Shown here: in pieces, positions 53,101-62,739 of the stretch | Numbering within the stretch: position 1 is the first letter of the stretch | Layout of the letters: the number at the start of each line of letters is the position of its first letter | Assembly (NCBI GenBank): GCA_018812265.1 | Contig: JAHJDG010000009.1 | Span: 5,042 to 69,041 of the forward strand | DNA length: 64,000 nucleotides | Direction of reading: 5' to 3' | Source of the DNA: a bacterium | Lineage (GTDB): Bacteria > Electryoneota > RPQS01 | Translations under genes and position numbers: made by a program | The notes under the pieces: model-generated | Seen by the model: the letters and a program-made list of their open reading frames with translations, nothing else | What the model was told of the DNA's origin: nothing | Database searches by the model: none

Positions 53101-53656
53101 CGGCGTCGGCGGGATTCAATTGAATCGCTGGACGGGCAGCGCGTGGGAGTATCCGGGTCCGGGAACTCCACCCGCCACCAGCTACAACGGATGGTCGGGC
53201 AATCCATTTACCGAGGTACGCATCCCGTGGGACGCCATCGGCAATCCGTCCGGGATCGCACTGGCGGTCAGCATCACGCAAGAGGACAATCTCATTACCG
53301 ATCGGGTATTCCCGCCCTCCAATCCGACGGGCAACTCGATTACCATTTCCCAGATGTATCGTTTGTACCAACCGTACATCTCCGGCAACATGCCGTTGTC
53401 GGGCGTTCGGCCGAAGTACATTCTCAGCGGTGACCTCGGTACACCGGCCAATCTCGTGGCCTATCCGATCAGCGGACACGTGGGACTCAGGTGGTCGGCG
53501 GTTGTGGGAGCGGTTACCTATGTGATTCATCGCGCGGAATCCGCAGCCGGTCCCTTCAACGTGTTGGATGAAGTCTCGGCCACACAGTATGAGGACAACA
53601 GCGTAGCGGGAGGCCTGCGGTACTTCTATCGAGTGACCGCCAAATCGGGTATTTGA
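50198..53656 (+). CDS. Large secreted GH57/GH119-clan glycoside-hydrolase-like protein with a C-terminal Fn3-like domain.
   Basis: Start reset to MNRLLNTLAVALTVFLAVKASFA (ATG at 50198; the ORF track begins at an upstream TTG). RVAWIPERVW (GH57 region-III-like with Glu). C-terminal ...LRWSAVVGAVTYVIHRAESAAGPF...YFYRVTAKSGI, homologous to the C-terminus of 24388..27405. Confidence 0.55.
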   Translation: MNRLLNTLAVALTVFLAVKASFAFEWRLNDWVIKDEIGEIEAGDFDLCNGFFREDSDRTYLKITTRSPLTQDVDVWVRTTDKLGQQLSLRRDAPSTRATVNAFRGVFEIEWIRPSDWQGTATLSIQTVRSGTMEIVDEAAVDMNPRSSLDNETGNCAFVHHGNQGLTYTDVFRGSGGSPNNGFDEILELHQNLATPGNFHMSGTLISAAEWYDPSFNQWLRDGISQGWAAMLTSVYAQHIMPFVQDNMNNWAVSTEQDLISTIYGYDARVAWIPERVWLANGVYPDAGIVDPWLGDNWTQHGVDAVILDDWPHVSGNSDRKIHWMNNGSGITLRVIPIDGEFTGNCHYNPGAAIAHIQGTGRYGIVVYGTDWEAAAEMADFSCPDCLENYSQVVTWVHDNYPAVGAWKLDAALANSDFNGWGINVGNGTYGLIGGTDGYGGSNNSWYTHWAGTASHSDFHNPAWNYGHAWWQTYLKVMGSPSNNLSETAWYVMMTNLHETGWHDYMGGPISGWQHRYSSHIKNANVYAEAAHWAAGEYAIPVNAYFADPDSDGVSELMIHNDRVMAVFEPTGGRAQWIFAKTPSSDNYSIVGSCNTYWAETEGDYDESGSNNHQAAFAEVSPHYRNDTYDMFVEELTDTTAKIRLVHNEVTKRISVKLGNPYFKAEYEVGSQTCYLRHGFSPDLLDLIWSADMYRIWPPDAAYMGLRNPNSGATGACILANGGANHQLEFSGTLLRGDELRGYDQFAFLLYTGPTSAPDGSGRIAELETLKTMNLDRYGPRLDAQAIFLNASTVEVSFNESVEQTSAQNISHWTLQGFSHTYSVTAAVRQSDWRRVRLTINPSLIGGDAGQIAASDVYDLNGNVVDPNYDTASLIVPTGLTPHTIVIDGVKDFDRANECLFAGTDTLFLTWDMSALYVGYFPKDLSTGDFFIHIDVNQQTGMGAPTGSWGRESFANPFRIEYQLAIEGGVGGIQLNRWTGSAWEYPGPGTPPATSYNGWSGNPFTEVRIPWDAIGNPSGIALAVSITQEDNLITDRVFPPSNPTGNSITISQMYRLYQPYISGNMPLSGVRPKYILSGDLGTPANLVAYPISGHVGLRWSAVVGAVTYVIHRAESAAGPFNVLDEVSATQYEDNSVAGGLRYFYRVTAKSGI

Positions 53657-53737
53657 CAAACGGTTTCTCCGCAAACATTCGACGAAGATGATAGGGTAGA
53701 TCGGATCAGACACACAATCAACGGACAAGGAGCCAAC

Positions 53738-55603
53738 ATGAACAGAGCAATTCTTGTATGTGTGCTCGCCCTGCTTGTCGCAGGATATGCTGGGGCGGTT
53801 CCGTCCTTCACGCCCGTCGTGGACGGAATCAAGGACGTCGGCTGGGGCAGCGTACCGGATCACTCAACGACCACATTGCGCGAACCGGTTACGTTCAATC
53901 TCGACAGTGGCTTTTATGTCACGGACGACAGCGAGTTCATCTATTTCGGCTTCTGGGCCGACAACGATCCCTGGACCGATGCGATGAACCCGCATATCCA
54001 CATTCTGATGGACATCGGCAGCACGGCCGACGGCGGAACGTTTGCCGCGTGGGGAGCAAACAACGTTCTTTACGCCCACGCTTTCAAGCCGGAATATGAC
54101 ATCGTCACGCAGTGGGGTGACGGAGCGGCACCCTATACCAACGACATTCAGTTTACCGGATTGAATCGTTGGGTTACCGGAAGCTGGAATCAGATCATGG
54201 AGCTGACGATTGACGATGGCGGCGGCAGTCAATGGACGGAAATCGCCGTCCGCAAGGCGGATATCGGATCACCGGCCAACGGCGTGGTATTGAACCTCTC
54301 CATGTGGCTGCGTCCCGCGTGGAACAAGGCAGGTGGCAATTGCTGTCTGCCCGCGGATGAAGACTTCCCCAGCGATTGGGCAAACACGGCCGGCACATTC
54401 GATCAGCAGTTCGCCTATACGCTTCAGGCAGCGATCTCCGACACCGACCCGCCGGGGATTGACCACGTTCATCAGATTGACCGCACCGGCATCGAGATCG
54501 TGTTCGATGAGCCGATGGACACGACAACGTTTCTGGCCGGCAATTTCACTCCTACCGGTTGGACATTCACGGGCTTTCGCTATAAGACGTCCAACACCGT
54601 AGGAATTTCCGCGGCACCTCCGGGTTTCCAGATGGGCACGGTATATTCCGTCGTTCTGTCTTCCGCCATCGAGGATGTCGCCGGCAATTCCATGGATCCG
54701 GCCGACGACTCGACCTCGTGGACGGGTGTCGGCTATGCGGACGTCACCTTCCTATGCATAGATGCCTCTGCGACCCACGACACGATTCTGTTCAAGGGAT
54801 CGTTCAACTTCTACCACGAGTACGATGCTTTCTGGTCGGGTGGCAGCCATCTCATGTATGACGACGGCACTCACGGAGACGTAGCCACCGGTGATCATAC
54901 CTTCACTCGCATTTGGCCCATGGTTCCCAACGGAGGAACACCCAACTTCGAGTGGGGAGTTCGCGACGAGTTCGACAACTGGCTCGTGATCGGCCCGAAT
55001 CCCAGCTTCTCGTTGCCCGACACCAACGATATCACGGTGAGCTACACGATTCCCGACGTAACCCACAACCCGGTAGACGTCACCTTCACGGTGGACATGC
55101 AGTTCATTCCCGCGACGATTGACAGCATGATGCTCGCCGGAAGCTTCACGGATTGGGGAACCAATCCCGTGACGATGACGAATAACCTCGACGGCACCTA
55201 TTCCCGGACAGTAAACTTCCCGGCCGGATCGCAGCGAACGCATTACTTCAAGTTCATCCGTATGGAAGGCGGGAATCAAGACTGGGAAGGGATCAGCGAC
55301 CGCGAATTCGACCTCGACGACAGCCAGCCCACTCTGAATTTGGGACTGCTGTTCTTCAACAATTGGATTCCCGCGCCCTATGACGTGACCGCATACCCGG
55401 CTACCGGCGGCGTGGACATCCGTTGGAATGATAATTACCAGCGGGTCGAGTTCGAAGTCTACGGATCGAGTAACCTCTACTCGATTATCGAGCCAATCAA
55501 TCTGCTGGGCATCGTTCCGGCCGGTACGGGAAATCATTTCCTGGACACCGATGTGACGGCTACCAGCAAATTCTATCAAGTTCGCACGGTGTACACACCG
55601 TAG
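53738..55603 (+). CDS. Secreted surface protein with an SbsA-type Ig-like (Big_5) domain, a CBM20-like glucan-binding module and a C-terminal Fn3-like domain.
   Basis: Signal peptide MNRAILVCVLALLVAGYAGA. DPPGIDHVHQIDRTGIEIVFDEPMDTTTF (Big_5-like). VDVTFTVDMQFIPATIDSMMLAGSFTDWG (CBM20-like). C-terminal Fn3-like. Confidence 0.55.
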   Translation: MNRAILVCVLALLVAGYAGAVPSFTPVVDGIKDVGWGSVPDHSTTTLREPVTFNLDSGFYVTDDSEFIYFGFWADNDPWTDAMNPHIHILMDIGSTADGGTFAAWGANNVLYAHAFKPEYDIVTQWGDGAAPYTNDIQFTGLNRWVTGSWNQIMELTIDDGGGSQWTEIAVRKADIGSPANGVVLNLSMWLRPAWNKAGGNCCLPADEDFPSDWANTAGTFDQQFAYTLQAAISDTDPPGIDHVHQIDRTGIEIVFDEPMDTTTFLAGNFTPTGWTFTGFRYKTSNTVGISAAPPGFQMGTVYSVVLSSAIEDVAGNSMDPADDSTSWTGVGYADVTFLCIDASATHDTILFKGSFNFYHEYDAFWSGGSHLMYDDGTHGDVATGDHTFTRIWPMVPNGGTPNFEWGVRDEFDNWLVIGPNPSFSLPDTNDITVSYTIPDVTHNPVDVTFTVDMQFIPATIDSMMLAGSFTDWGTNPVTMTNNLDGTYSRTVNFPAGSQRTHYFKFIRMEGGNQDWEGISDREFDLDDSQPTLNLGLLFFNNWIPAPYDVTAYPATGGVDIRWNDNYQRVEFEVYGSSNLYSIIEPINLLGIVPAGTGNHFLDTDVTATSKFYQVRTVYTP

Positions 55604-55627
55604 TCCGCCATCAACCGTCCCGCCAGC

Positions 55628-55659
55628 GAAGCGGGCCGTCCGGAAGGACGGCCCGCTTC
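55628..55659. terminator. Bidirectional terminator hairpin between convergent genes.
   Basis: Perfect 14-bp stem GAAGCGGGCCGTCC-GGAA-GGACGGCCCGCTTC, sited between the end of 53738..55603 (+) and the end of 55690..58407 (-). Confidence 0.6.
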
Positions 55660-55689
55660 CTCTATAGGAAGTAAGCATGTGCCACTCGT

Positions 55690-58407
55690 TCATCTCAACA
55701 GGACCATCTTACGCGTCAGGCATTCCCCTTCCGCTTGCAGCCGACAGAAATAAACTCCACTTGGCCAGCCTCGGGCGTCAATCGCACGAGTGTACCGCCC
55801 CGCAGCAAGAGACTCTTGAAAAAGAGTTGCTACCAATCGGCCATTCAGATCAAACACTCTTAGTGTCGCATGCGCCGCCTGCCCGAGCGTAAATGTGATG
55901 TTCGTAGATGCATTGAACGGATTTGGGACGTTCTGATCGAGGGCAAACATTTTCGGAATGACCGCCCGATCTTCGGCCACCGGCAGTAGTCCCGTTCCAT
56001 GCAAGACCAAGTTTGAAGCCGTGCCGTCCCAGGAAAAAACCGTGTGCAGGACGTACGATTCTTCGGACCAGTACGCTACGGAATCCCCGGTCAGAAGCTC
56101 AGCAAGACTCGCGACGAACAGCGCCGGTATTCCACTGACTTCCACCTCCTCCGGTCTATGCGCAATCCTGTGAAACTGAACGTGCATCCATCGTGTAGAA
56201 GGTGCACCGGGATACCCATCGTGAGTTGTCGTCAGTTCCACCGCAATACTATCAGTGGTCACGTATCCGGCGAAGTTCAGCGTATTGTACAAACCTTGTT
56301 CCGGAGCATCCGGTGCCATGCCGTCATCTTCGTACATTGCATTTGAACTTGCCGGCGTGCCGGCATCCGGATAATAGTGCAGCTCCAGTGTATCGCCTGC
56401 GTAGTCAGACGTTGATTCGATCTCGGGAATCATCGGGACGAAGCTTCCCCCGCGGACGAAAACCGGTATCTTCGACAACCGGGCATCTACCGAATAATGA
56501 CTTTCGCCCACGAATGTCTCGTCCGTCCAGAAGTCCACCCAGACTCCCTCAGGCAAAAGTACGTCGCGAGTTCGTTGACCCGCTTCAAGAGCAGGAGCAA
56601 TCAGAAACGACGGACCCCATAAGTACTCGTCATCGAGCCGGGCAAACGCTTCATCGTTGAACACCATGCACAGCGGTCTGGCCAGCGGCATTCCGGAAAG
56701 CGAGTTTTCCCAAGCCAGCGTGTAATTATAGGGAAGCAGACGGTAGCGAAGATTGATGTAGAACGTCACGATCTCGCGCGTGGCCGGATCGTAGTAGATC
56801 GGCTCGGGGGGGACGCCCACTCCGTGCGCTCGCATGACCGGTGCGAACACTCCCAGCTGCATTCCACGAATGTACTGCTCGCTGTCGCGCGGTCCGCAGT
56901 CGAAGCCGCTGATGTCGAAACCCGTATACGCAACGCCGGACATCCCCATGCTCAGTATAATGGGAAGCTGCGCCTGAAGTCCCGCGAAAGTTCTCTGCAC
57001 GTCTCCCGACCAGGGGAACGTGCCGTAGCGCTGCATTCCCGCGTATCCGGATCGTATGAGGTTGAATAGTCTCTGGTCAGGATAGAATTCCCGATAGCGA
57101 TTATAGAGCAACTTGGCCCAGCGGAGCGAATAGGTATTGTGAACTCGTTCCGCCGGACCGTCATGATGCACCATCTGCGACGGATGGGCCTCCGGTTCGC
57201 CCAGATCGCACCACCATCCTCCAACGCCCTCGGCAATGCGGTCGGCATAGAACGTCCACCACCAGTCGCGCGCGGTAGGCAAAGTGACGTCCAGAAGTCC
57301 GGCCGGTCCGGCCCAGAAATTCGGTATCACCACCGGAATGCCGGTTGAGTCTGGTGTCAGATAACGGTTTTGATATGCATGCGCGTAGTTGGAAGACGTC
57401 TGGATAATGTATGGCTCGGTGATGAGGATGGTTTTCACTCCCAGCGAGTTGAAATCGGCCATCATCCCGATAGGATTCGGCCACTGCGAGCGGTCCCAAT
57501 CGAAGTCTCCCATCTGCCCCCATCCGAACCAATACAAATCGAGAATGATTGCATCCAGCGGAATACCTTGATCGCGAAACGCCTGAACCACGCTTCGGGC
57601 TTCGCTCTCACTGGTGTATCCGAAGCGTGACTGCAAATAGCCGAGCGCCCATCGCGGCGGCATCGGCGGCCGGCCGGTGAGCAGGGTGTAACGCTGCAGA
57701 AGCTCTGGTCCACTTGCGCCTATTATGATGAAGTAGGATAGTTCTCCGCCGGATACACCGTACTCGAACACGGTTTGCTCGGCTGCGCCAACGTCGAAGC
57801 GTCCGGGATACGGATTATCGAAATAAACTCCATATCCATTCGACGACCATAGAAACGGAACGGTGATGTTGAGATTGGGCTCGCCGACACCGTAGCAGTA
57901 GTGCGCCGCATTATACGAGTCGAGCGACTGACCACGCCGGTCTATGGAGACGGCTCGCTCGCCTCCGCCATACAAGTGTTCACTCGGCTGAAGCCGGAAC
58001 CTGACTCCGCGTTCCTCTCCACTCCAAAAAAATCCGTCCTCATCCGCCAGCACCAACCGGTTTGCATTCAGAAAGTGAAACCGAACCGGGAACTTGGAAA
58101 TCTCGATTTCCATTCCAGTCATTTGCATCGTCAGCGTCGAGTCATTCTCCGACAACTGCCAGAACGCAGGCTCGGGTGATAGGCAGACGACATGCGAACT
58201 ATCGGGCCATGACTGCCCATCCGGCGAGAGCGTTATTCGAACGATCCCGTCCGCGAAGGGTCGCACCGCAACGACCGAGCCGCCGGCGAAAATCCGAAGC
58301 TCACTGTCCTGCAGCACATGCGAGCTGTAGTTCCCGAGAAGTTCCGCTGCAACCGCTCGCCATAGACCCAGCACGAAAATCAGATAGATGAGAATCCTCA
58401 CGATCAC
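55690..58407 (-). CDS. Glycoside hydrolase family 31 alpha-glucosidase with a T9SS CTD.
   Basis: Signal peptide. GH31 core ...WWCDLGEPE... (Asp nucleophile region). CTD VPNPFNASTNITFTL...GVYFCRL...KMVLLR. Confidence 0.8.
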   Translation of the reverse strand: MIVRILIYLIFVLGLWRAVAAELLGNYSSHVLQDSELRIFAGGSVVAVRPFADGIVRITLSPDGQSWPDSSHVVCLSPEPAFWQLSENDSTLTMQMTGMEIEISKFPVRFHFLNANRLVLADEDGFFWSGEERGVRFRLQPSEHLYGGGERAVSIDRRGQSLDSYNAAHYCYGVGEPNLNITVPFLWSSNGYGVYFDNPYPGRFDVGAAEQTVFEYGVSGGELSYFIIIGASGPELLQRYTLLTGRPPMPPRWALGYLQSRFGYTSESEARSVVQAFRDQGIPLDAIILDLYWFGWGQMGDFDWDRSQWPNPIGMMADFNSLGVKTILITEPYIIQTSSNYAHAYQNRYLTPDSTGIPVVIPNFWAGPAGLLDVTLPTARDWWWTFYADRIAEGVGGWWCDLGEPEAHPSQMVHHDGPAERVHNTYSLRWAKLLYNRYREFYPDQRLFNLIRSGYAGMQRYGTFPWSGDVQRTFAGLQAQLPIILSMGMSGVAYTGFDISGFDCGPRDSEQYIRGMQLGVFAPVMRAHGVGVPPEPIYYDPATREIVTFYINLRYRLLPYNYTLAWENSLSGMPLARPLCMVFNDEAFARLDDEYLWGPSFLIAPALEAGQRTRDVLLPEGVWVDFWTDETFVGESHYSVDARLSKIPVFVRGGSFVPMIPEIESTSDYAGDTLELHYYPDAGTPASSNAMYEDDGMAPDAPEQGLYNTLNFAGYVTTDSIAVELTTTHDGYPGAPSTRWMHVQFHRIAHRPEEVEVSGIPALFVASLAELLTGDSVAYWSEESYVLHTVFSWDGTASNLVLHGTGLLPVAEDRAVIPKMFALDQNVPNPFNASTNITFTLGQAAHATLRVFDLNGRLVATLFQESLAAGRYTRAIDARGWPSGVYFCRLQAEGECLTRKMVLLR

Positions 58408-58437
58408 CTCGGAGTGATTACATCTTGAATTCTCGCA

Positions 58438-59802
58438 TCAACGCGATAGCACCCGATAACCCCAAGCACCGAGCTCAAGAGGAGCATTCTCGGAAACATT
58501 CACCCGTTCACCCGTAAAGGCGTCCAAGAACTCACCCGTGAGTCTGCTCTTCACTTCAACCAGCTTGGGCTCCGCCGAAAGGTTCAGCACGACAAGCACA
58601 TCTTGGTCATCCTTTTCGCGCACAAATGCAGAGACTGTCTCAGGCAGATTAGTCTCGCAGCGCACTATCGCGCCGCCGCTCGATCCGTTCCAGAGAGCGC
58701 GATTCTCCCGTTTCAGGCGAAGAAGGATGCGATAAACGTCCCTCAGATGATGTTCCCGCCAGTCAATCGGATCGCGCTCAAAGAATTCGAGCTGCTTGTC
58801 CAGACCGGCTTCCTGCCCGCTATAGATCAAAGGAATTCCCGGTACGGTGAGTGTCAACACGGCGAACGCTTCGGCGGCGTCGCCCAACCGTTCGAATACC
58901 GTACCATTCCACGAGTTCTCGTCGTGATTATCGGTGAACCGCAACCGATGGGCGTCCGGCGGATAGGCGTTGCGCTCCCGAATGAATAGGCTGTCGAGAG
59001 CAAGAACCGACCGCTTGCCGTGCGCGATTCCACTCATCAGCCAGTGCAAGTTCCAGGAATAAGTGACGTCGAAACCCTTTTCGTGTGCGGCGGGAGATTC
59101 ATCCTCGGCGAGCATGAAGACGGGCTTGATCTCATGAAGGGCTTCTATGGCGTCGGCCCAGAAGTCCCATGGTACCATGCCGGCTACGTCACAGCGGAAA
59201 CCGTCTATGTCCGTTTCCCTGATCCAGAATCGCATGGCTTCAATCATATAATCGCGCAGGCCTTCTCTTTCGTAGTTCAGATCAATCACGTCATGCCAGT
59301 CGGGAACGGGCGGAACGAAATCGCCCTTTTCATTCTGTGTGAACCAGTCCGGATGTTCTTCTACCAGCGGATTGTCCCAGGCGGCGTGGTTGGCCACCCA
59401 ATCAATCAAGACGTGCATTCCAAGATCGTGAGCACTGCGAACGAGACTCTTGAACTCGTCCATCGTACCGAACTCGGGATTCACAGCCAAGTAATCGCGT
59501 ACACTATAATAGCTTCCGAGAGTGCCCTTACGGTTCTGCTCGCCGATGGGATGAATCGGCATGAACCACAGCACACGCACGCCCAATTCTTTGAGGCGAG
59601 GCAGATGTTCGCGAAATTCGGCAAACGTTCCCGCCGGAGTGAATTGCCGAACGTTGACCTCATAGATGCAAACGTTGCGCGACCACTCCGGTGGATTCCT
59701 GTGCTCGGACCGGCCTTCTCTATCTGCGGAATGTGCGAGGTTCCACGGCAGGAGAAGAGTCAACCATAATCCGAGCACAATCCATGAAGCAGGTCGTGGC
59801 AT
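58438..59802 (-). CDS. GH13 alpha-amylase-family enzyme (periplasmic or secreted).
   Basis: Start set at MPRPASWIVLGLWLTLLLPWNLAHSA (ATG 59802). Region I DWVANHAA, region II GFRCDVAGM, region III MLAED, region IV FTDNHDE. Confidence 0.8.
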   Translation of the reverse strand: MPRPASWIVLGLWLTLLLPWNLAHSADREGRSEHRNPPEWSRNVCIYEVNVRQFTPAGTFAEFREHLPRLKELGVRVLWFMPIHPIGEQNRKGTLGSYYSVRDYLAVNPEFGTMDEFKSLVRSAHDLGMHVLIDWVANHAAWDNPLVEEHPDWFTQNEKGDFVPPVPDWHDVIDLNYEREGLRDYMIEAMRFWIRETDIDGFRCDVAGMVPWDFWADAIEALHEIKPVFMLAEDESPAAHEKGFDVTYSWNLHWLMSGIAHGKRSVLALDSLFIRERNAYPPDAHRLRFTDNHDENSWNGTVFERLGDAAEAFAVLTLTVPGIPLIYSGQEAGLDKQLEFFERDPIDWREHHLRDVYRILLRLKRENRALWNGSSGGAIVRCETNLPETVSAFVREKDDQDVLVVLNLSAEPKLVEVKSRLTGEFLDAFTGERVNVSENAPLELGAWGYRVLSR

Positions 59803-60041
59803 CACCAAGCGAGATTTCGAGATAAAAGCCGTTCTTTGTTGAATTGAGTCCATTGGTTCCGTCCCTTGATCTGCGGATAAGAAAATATAGGAATTCTCTT
59901 GATAGTATGCTACTCCCGAGTTTGTGGAGCACTCGGTCGCGATCTTTCTACGCCAGTTCCGGTCAGAATCCCAAAATAAAACTGCCTTGCCATATCGTGA
60001 CGGCAAGGCAGCGTGCGGTTATTGCGATGATAATGTAGAGC

Positions 60042-60905
60042 TTACAGCGTACGCTCCGATTCGTTTCGGCTTCCGCCTTTCGGACTGCCAACGGTTCGGC
60101 GAAGGTGCACGACTGCGCCGATCGGAATGCCATCTCGGCAGATTGCCGTCACCTCGGCCGTGCATGAACCTCCCCATTCGACAAATTCCGTCTGGGTCGC
60201 GGTTGGTTGCGCGCGCAGGGCATGCGCCACCGCCCCGCCCAACCTTCCGAATACTCCGGATTCCGGCGATCCTTCTTTCCCCTCTACGGAAGAACCGATC
60301 CAGCGGCTTGCCGCATCATTCACGATCCGAAGCACTCCGTCTCGATCGTACACCAAAAGCGGCGTCGCAACCGCCGCGATGGCGGCTTCGTACAATTCAA
60401 GATCGCTCACCCGGCTCTCGAGTTCCAAGTTGCGCTGGTTCAGCTGTTCGCGTTCGTCGCGTTCCTCCGTGAACAGACTTTCGCTGGCGGCCAACGCCGT
60501 TTCCGCCAACTGACGGATCTGGCGAAGGTCATGTTGCCGCTCGGCAGCCTCGCGGACCGTATCCTTCAGTTCGGTCTCCGCCCACGGCTTGCTGATGAAC
60601 TTGAAGATTGCGCCTTCATTGATGGCGGTAATTACCGCCGTGATATCCGCATATCCCGACAGAACGATGCGCATCGTATCCGGCCAACGCTCGCTGACCA
60701 GTCGGAGGAATTCTCCACCGTTCATCTGAGGCATCCGGTAATCCGAGACCACCACGTCAATGGGGATTCGTTCCAGCAAATCCAGACCGTCCCGCGCCGA
60801 CGTGGCGAGATGAATCCGATAGGGTTCATCAATGAAGTGGCGACGGAGGGCTTTCAGGACCTTCTCTTCGTCGTCCACGAACAGGATGGACGTCGTTTCA
60901 CTCAT
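60042..60905 (-). CDS. Response regulator without a DNA-binding domain (REC + coiled coil + PAS-like C-terminal domain).
   Basis: REC ILFVDDE...VVSDYRMPQMNG...KP. No HTH. C-terminal PAS-like ...PLLVYDRDGVLRIVNDAA.... The start overlaps the HK stop. Confidence 0.75.
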   Translation of the reverse strand: MSETTSILFVDDEEKVLKALRRHFIDEPYRIHLATSARDGLDLLERIPIDVVVSDYRMPQMNGGEFLRLVSERWPDTMRIVLSGYADITAVITAINEGAIFKFISKPWAETELKDTVREAAERQHDLRQIRQLAETALAASESLFTEERDEREQLNQRNLELESRVSDLELYEAAIAAVATPLLVYDRDGVLRIVNDAASRWIGSSVEGKEGSPESGVFGRLGGAVAHALRAQPTATQTEFVEWGGSCTAEVTAICRDGIPIGAVVHLRRTVGSPKGGSRNESERTL

Positions 60906-62739
60906 GATGGATCTCCTGCGCGAATTCCACCGGTTGTTTGTTTACGGGGAAACAGAGCATGAACGTCGTCCCCTTGCCGAGCTGGCTTTCCACTTTGATA
61001 TCTCCGCCGTGTTTCTGTACGATGTCGTAAACGATGCTTAGTCCCAAGCCGGTTCCCTGCCCCACGTCCTTCGTCGTGAAGAACGGCTCGAAGATCCGTC
61101 CGAGGTGATTCGATGCGATTCCGGCTCCGTTATCCGACACATGAACAATGACACGATCTTTTTGCTGATGCACGGAAATCCGAATCTCACCCTGTTCAGG
61201 AATCGCCTGAGCCGCATTGGTAAGGAGGTTGCTGAACACCTGCTGCAAAGCGCCGAGGTGACCGAGGATCGGGGGTGCGTCTTTATAGTCCCGGACCACT
61301 TGCGCCTTATACTTGATTTGATTCCAGACGACTCGAATGCTGTTTTCGATGGCGTCGCATACATCCACCAGCATCGGAACGTCGTCGTCTTCCCGCGAAT
61401 AAAGCTTGAGAGCTCGAACGATGGTCTCGATTTCATCCGTTCCCTCCAGGGAATCCTTCACGAGTTCCAGAAGATCCTCGAGAACGAATTCGAGCTTGAG
61501 CGTCTGCCGCAGGGACGACAACTCGGTGCGAATTCGGGTGGCTGTCTCATAATCCTCGGCAGCGATGCTCTGTTCAAGCTCGGATACCCAACCGAGGTAG
61601 TTGCGGATTTTGGTGGTATAGTTCGCCAGTTCGCGAAGATTGCTGCTGATAAAGCCGATGGGATTGTTGATCTCATGGGCGATCCCGGCCGCCAGCACGC
61701 CGACTGACGCCATTTTCTCGGCGTGAACGATGGATGCCTGTGCGCCCTGCAGCTTTCGCAGCGCCTGCTCGGTTTCTTCCTTTGATACTGCCAATTGCTC
61801 CAGCGACTCCGCCAGCTCGGACGACAGTCGCGCCTGCTCGTTCCACAATGCTTCAAGTTGTCCCGCGTATTCCTTCTGGGCGTTTTCCGCCCGAATTCGA
61901 GCGGTAACGTCATCCATGATCTGCACGGCGGCAATCACGCGACCATCGCCGTCTGTCACCGGCGAAGACACCACACGGAAGCAACGCTCAACATCGCCCT
62001 TAGATTTCGTGGACAACGACTCCTGCGAGCATCCACTCAGCAGTGTCCGATGGGTGGCGCAATCGGGACAGATGAATTCTCTCGGCGGATCACAGAGTAC
62101 CTGATAGCAATACGGTTGATCCGTCAGGTTTCGAGTGGGGAACCACTCCAGCATCCGCTTGTTCATGGTCAACAGGCGCATGTCTGATGAGATTACCGCC
62201 ACCCCCAAACCGACGCTGTCTACGACGGTCCGGTATTTCCGCTCACTCTCTCGCAGGGCTTGTTCGGCTTCCTTTTCGCGTGTAACGTCCGCCAGCACAC
62301 CGACCGCTCCCACAAACCGGTTGTCTTCCATGATGGGGCTGGCGGCGATCCGAATGACGCATTCCCCGCCGCCGAGACGTTGAAGACTCACCTCATACGA
62401 GTCGCTGATCCCCGCCAATCGCCGAGCCGTTCCTTCGCGAATCGTGGCGCGACCCGCTTCATTTAGATATTCATCTATGGCTTTCCCGATCAATTCTCCC
62501 TCGGCAACTCCGAGCAGCGAATGAGCGGCCACGTTGGCATACAGAAAGCGTTCGTCCTCATTTACGAGAATAATCCCGTCGGTTGCCAGTTCAACCAACG
62601 AGCGAAATTGCGCAAGTTCAGCCCGTAGCTCCCGTTCCACCGAATGCTGTGCCTGCAGCGTGTTTTCCAGCTCACCGATGCGGGCTTCAAGCGCCGCATG
62701 TTCCGGCGGCCGTGACGGATGATTTTTCACCCGCGTCAA
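60898..62739 (-). CDS. Cytoplasmic PAS-PAS sensor histidine kinase.
   Basis: Two PAS segments. H-box AAGIAHEINNPIGFI. N/G1/G2 boxes ...GTGLGLSIVYDIVQKHGG.... No TM helices evident. Confidence 0.8.
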   Translation of the reverse strand: MTRVKNHPSRPPEHAALEARIGELENTLQAQHSVERELRAELAQFRSLVELATDGIILVNEDERFLYANVAAHSLLGVAEGELIGKAIDEYLNEAGRATIREGTARRLAGISDSYEVSLQRLGGGECVIRIAASPIMEDNRFVGAVGVLADVTREKEAEQALRESERKYRTVVDSVGLGVAVISSDMRLLTMNKRMLEWFPTRNLTDQPYCYQVLCDPPREFICPDCATHRTLLSGCSQESLSTKSKGDVERCFRVVSSPVTDGDGRVIAAVQIMDDVTARIRAENAQKEYAGQLEALWNEQARLSSELAESLEQLAVSKEETEQALRKLQGAQASIVHAEKMASVGVLAAGIAHEINNPIGFISSNLRELANYTTKIRNYLGWVSELEQSIAAEDYETATRIRTELSSLRQTLKLEFVLEDLLELVKDSLEGTDEIETIVRALKLYSREDDDVPMLVDVCDAIENSIRVVWNQIKYKAQVVRDYKDAPPILGHLGALQQVFSNLLTNAAQAIPEQGEIRISVHQQKDRVIVHVSDNGAGIASNHLGRIFEPFFTTKDVGQGTGLGLSIVYDIVQKHGGDIKVESQLGKGTTFMLCFPVNKQPVEFAQEIHHE

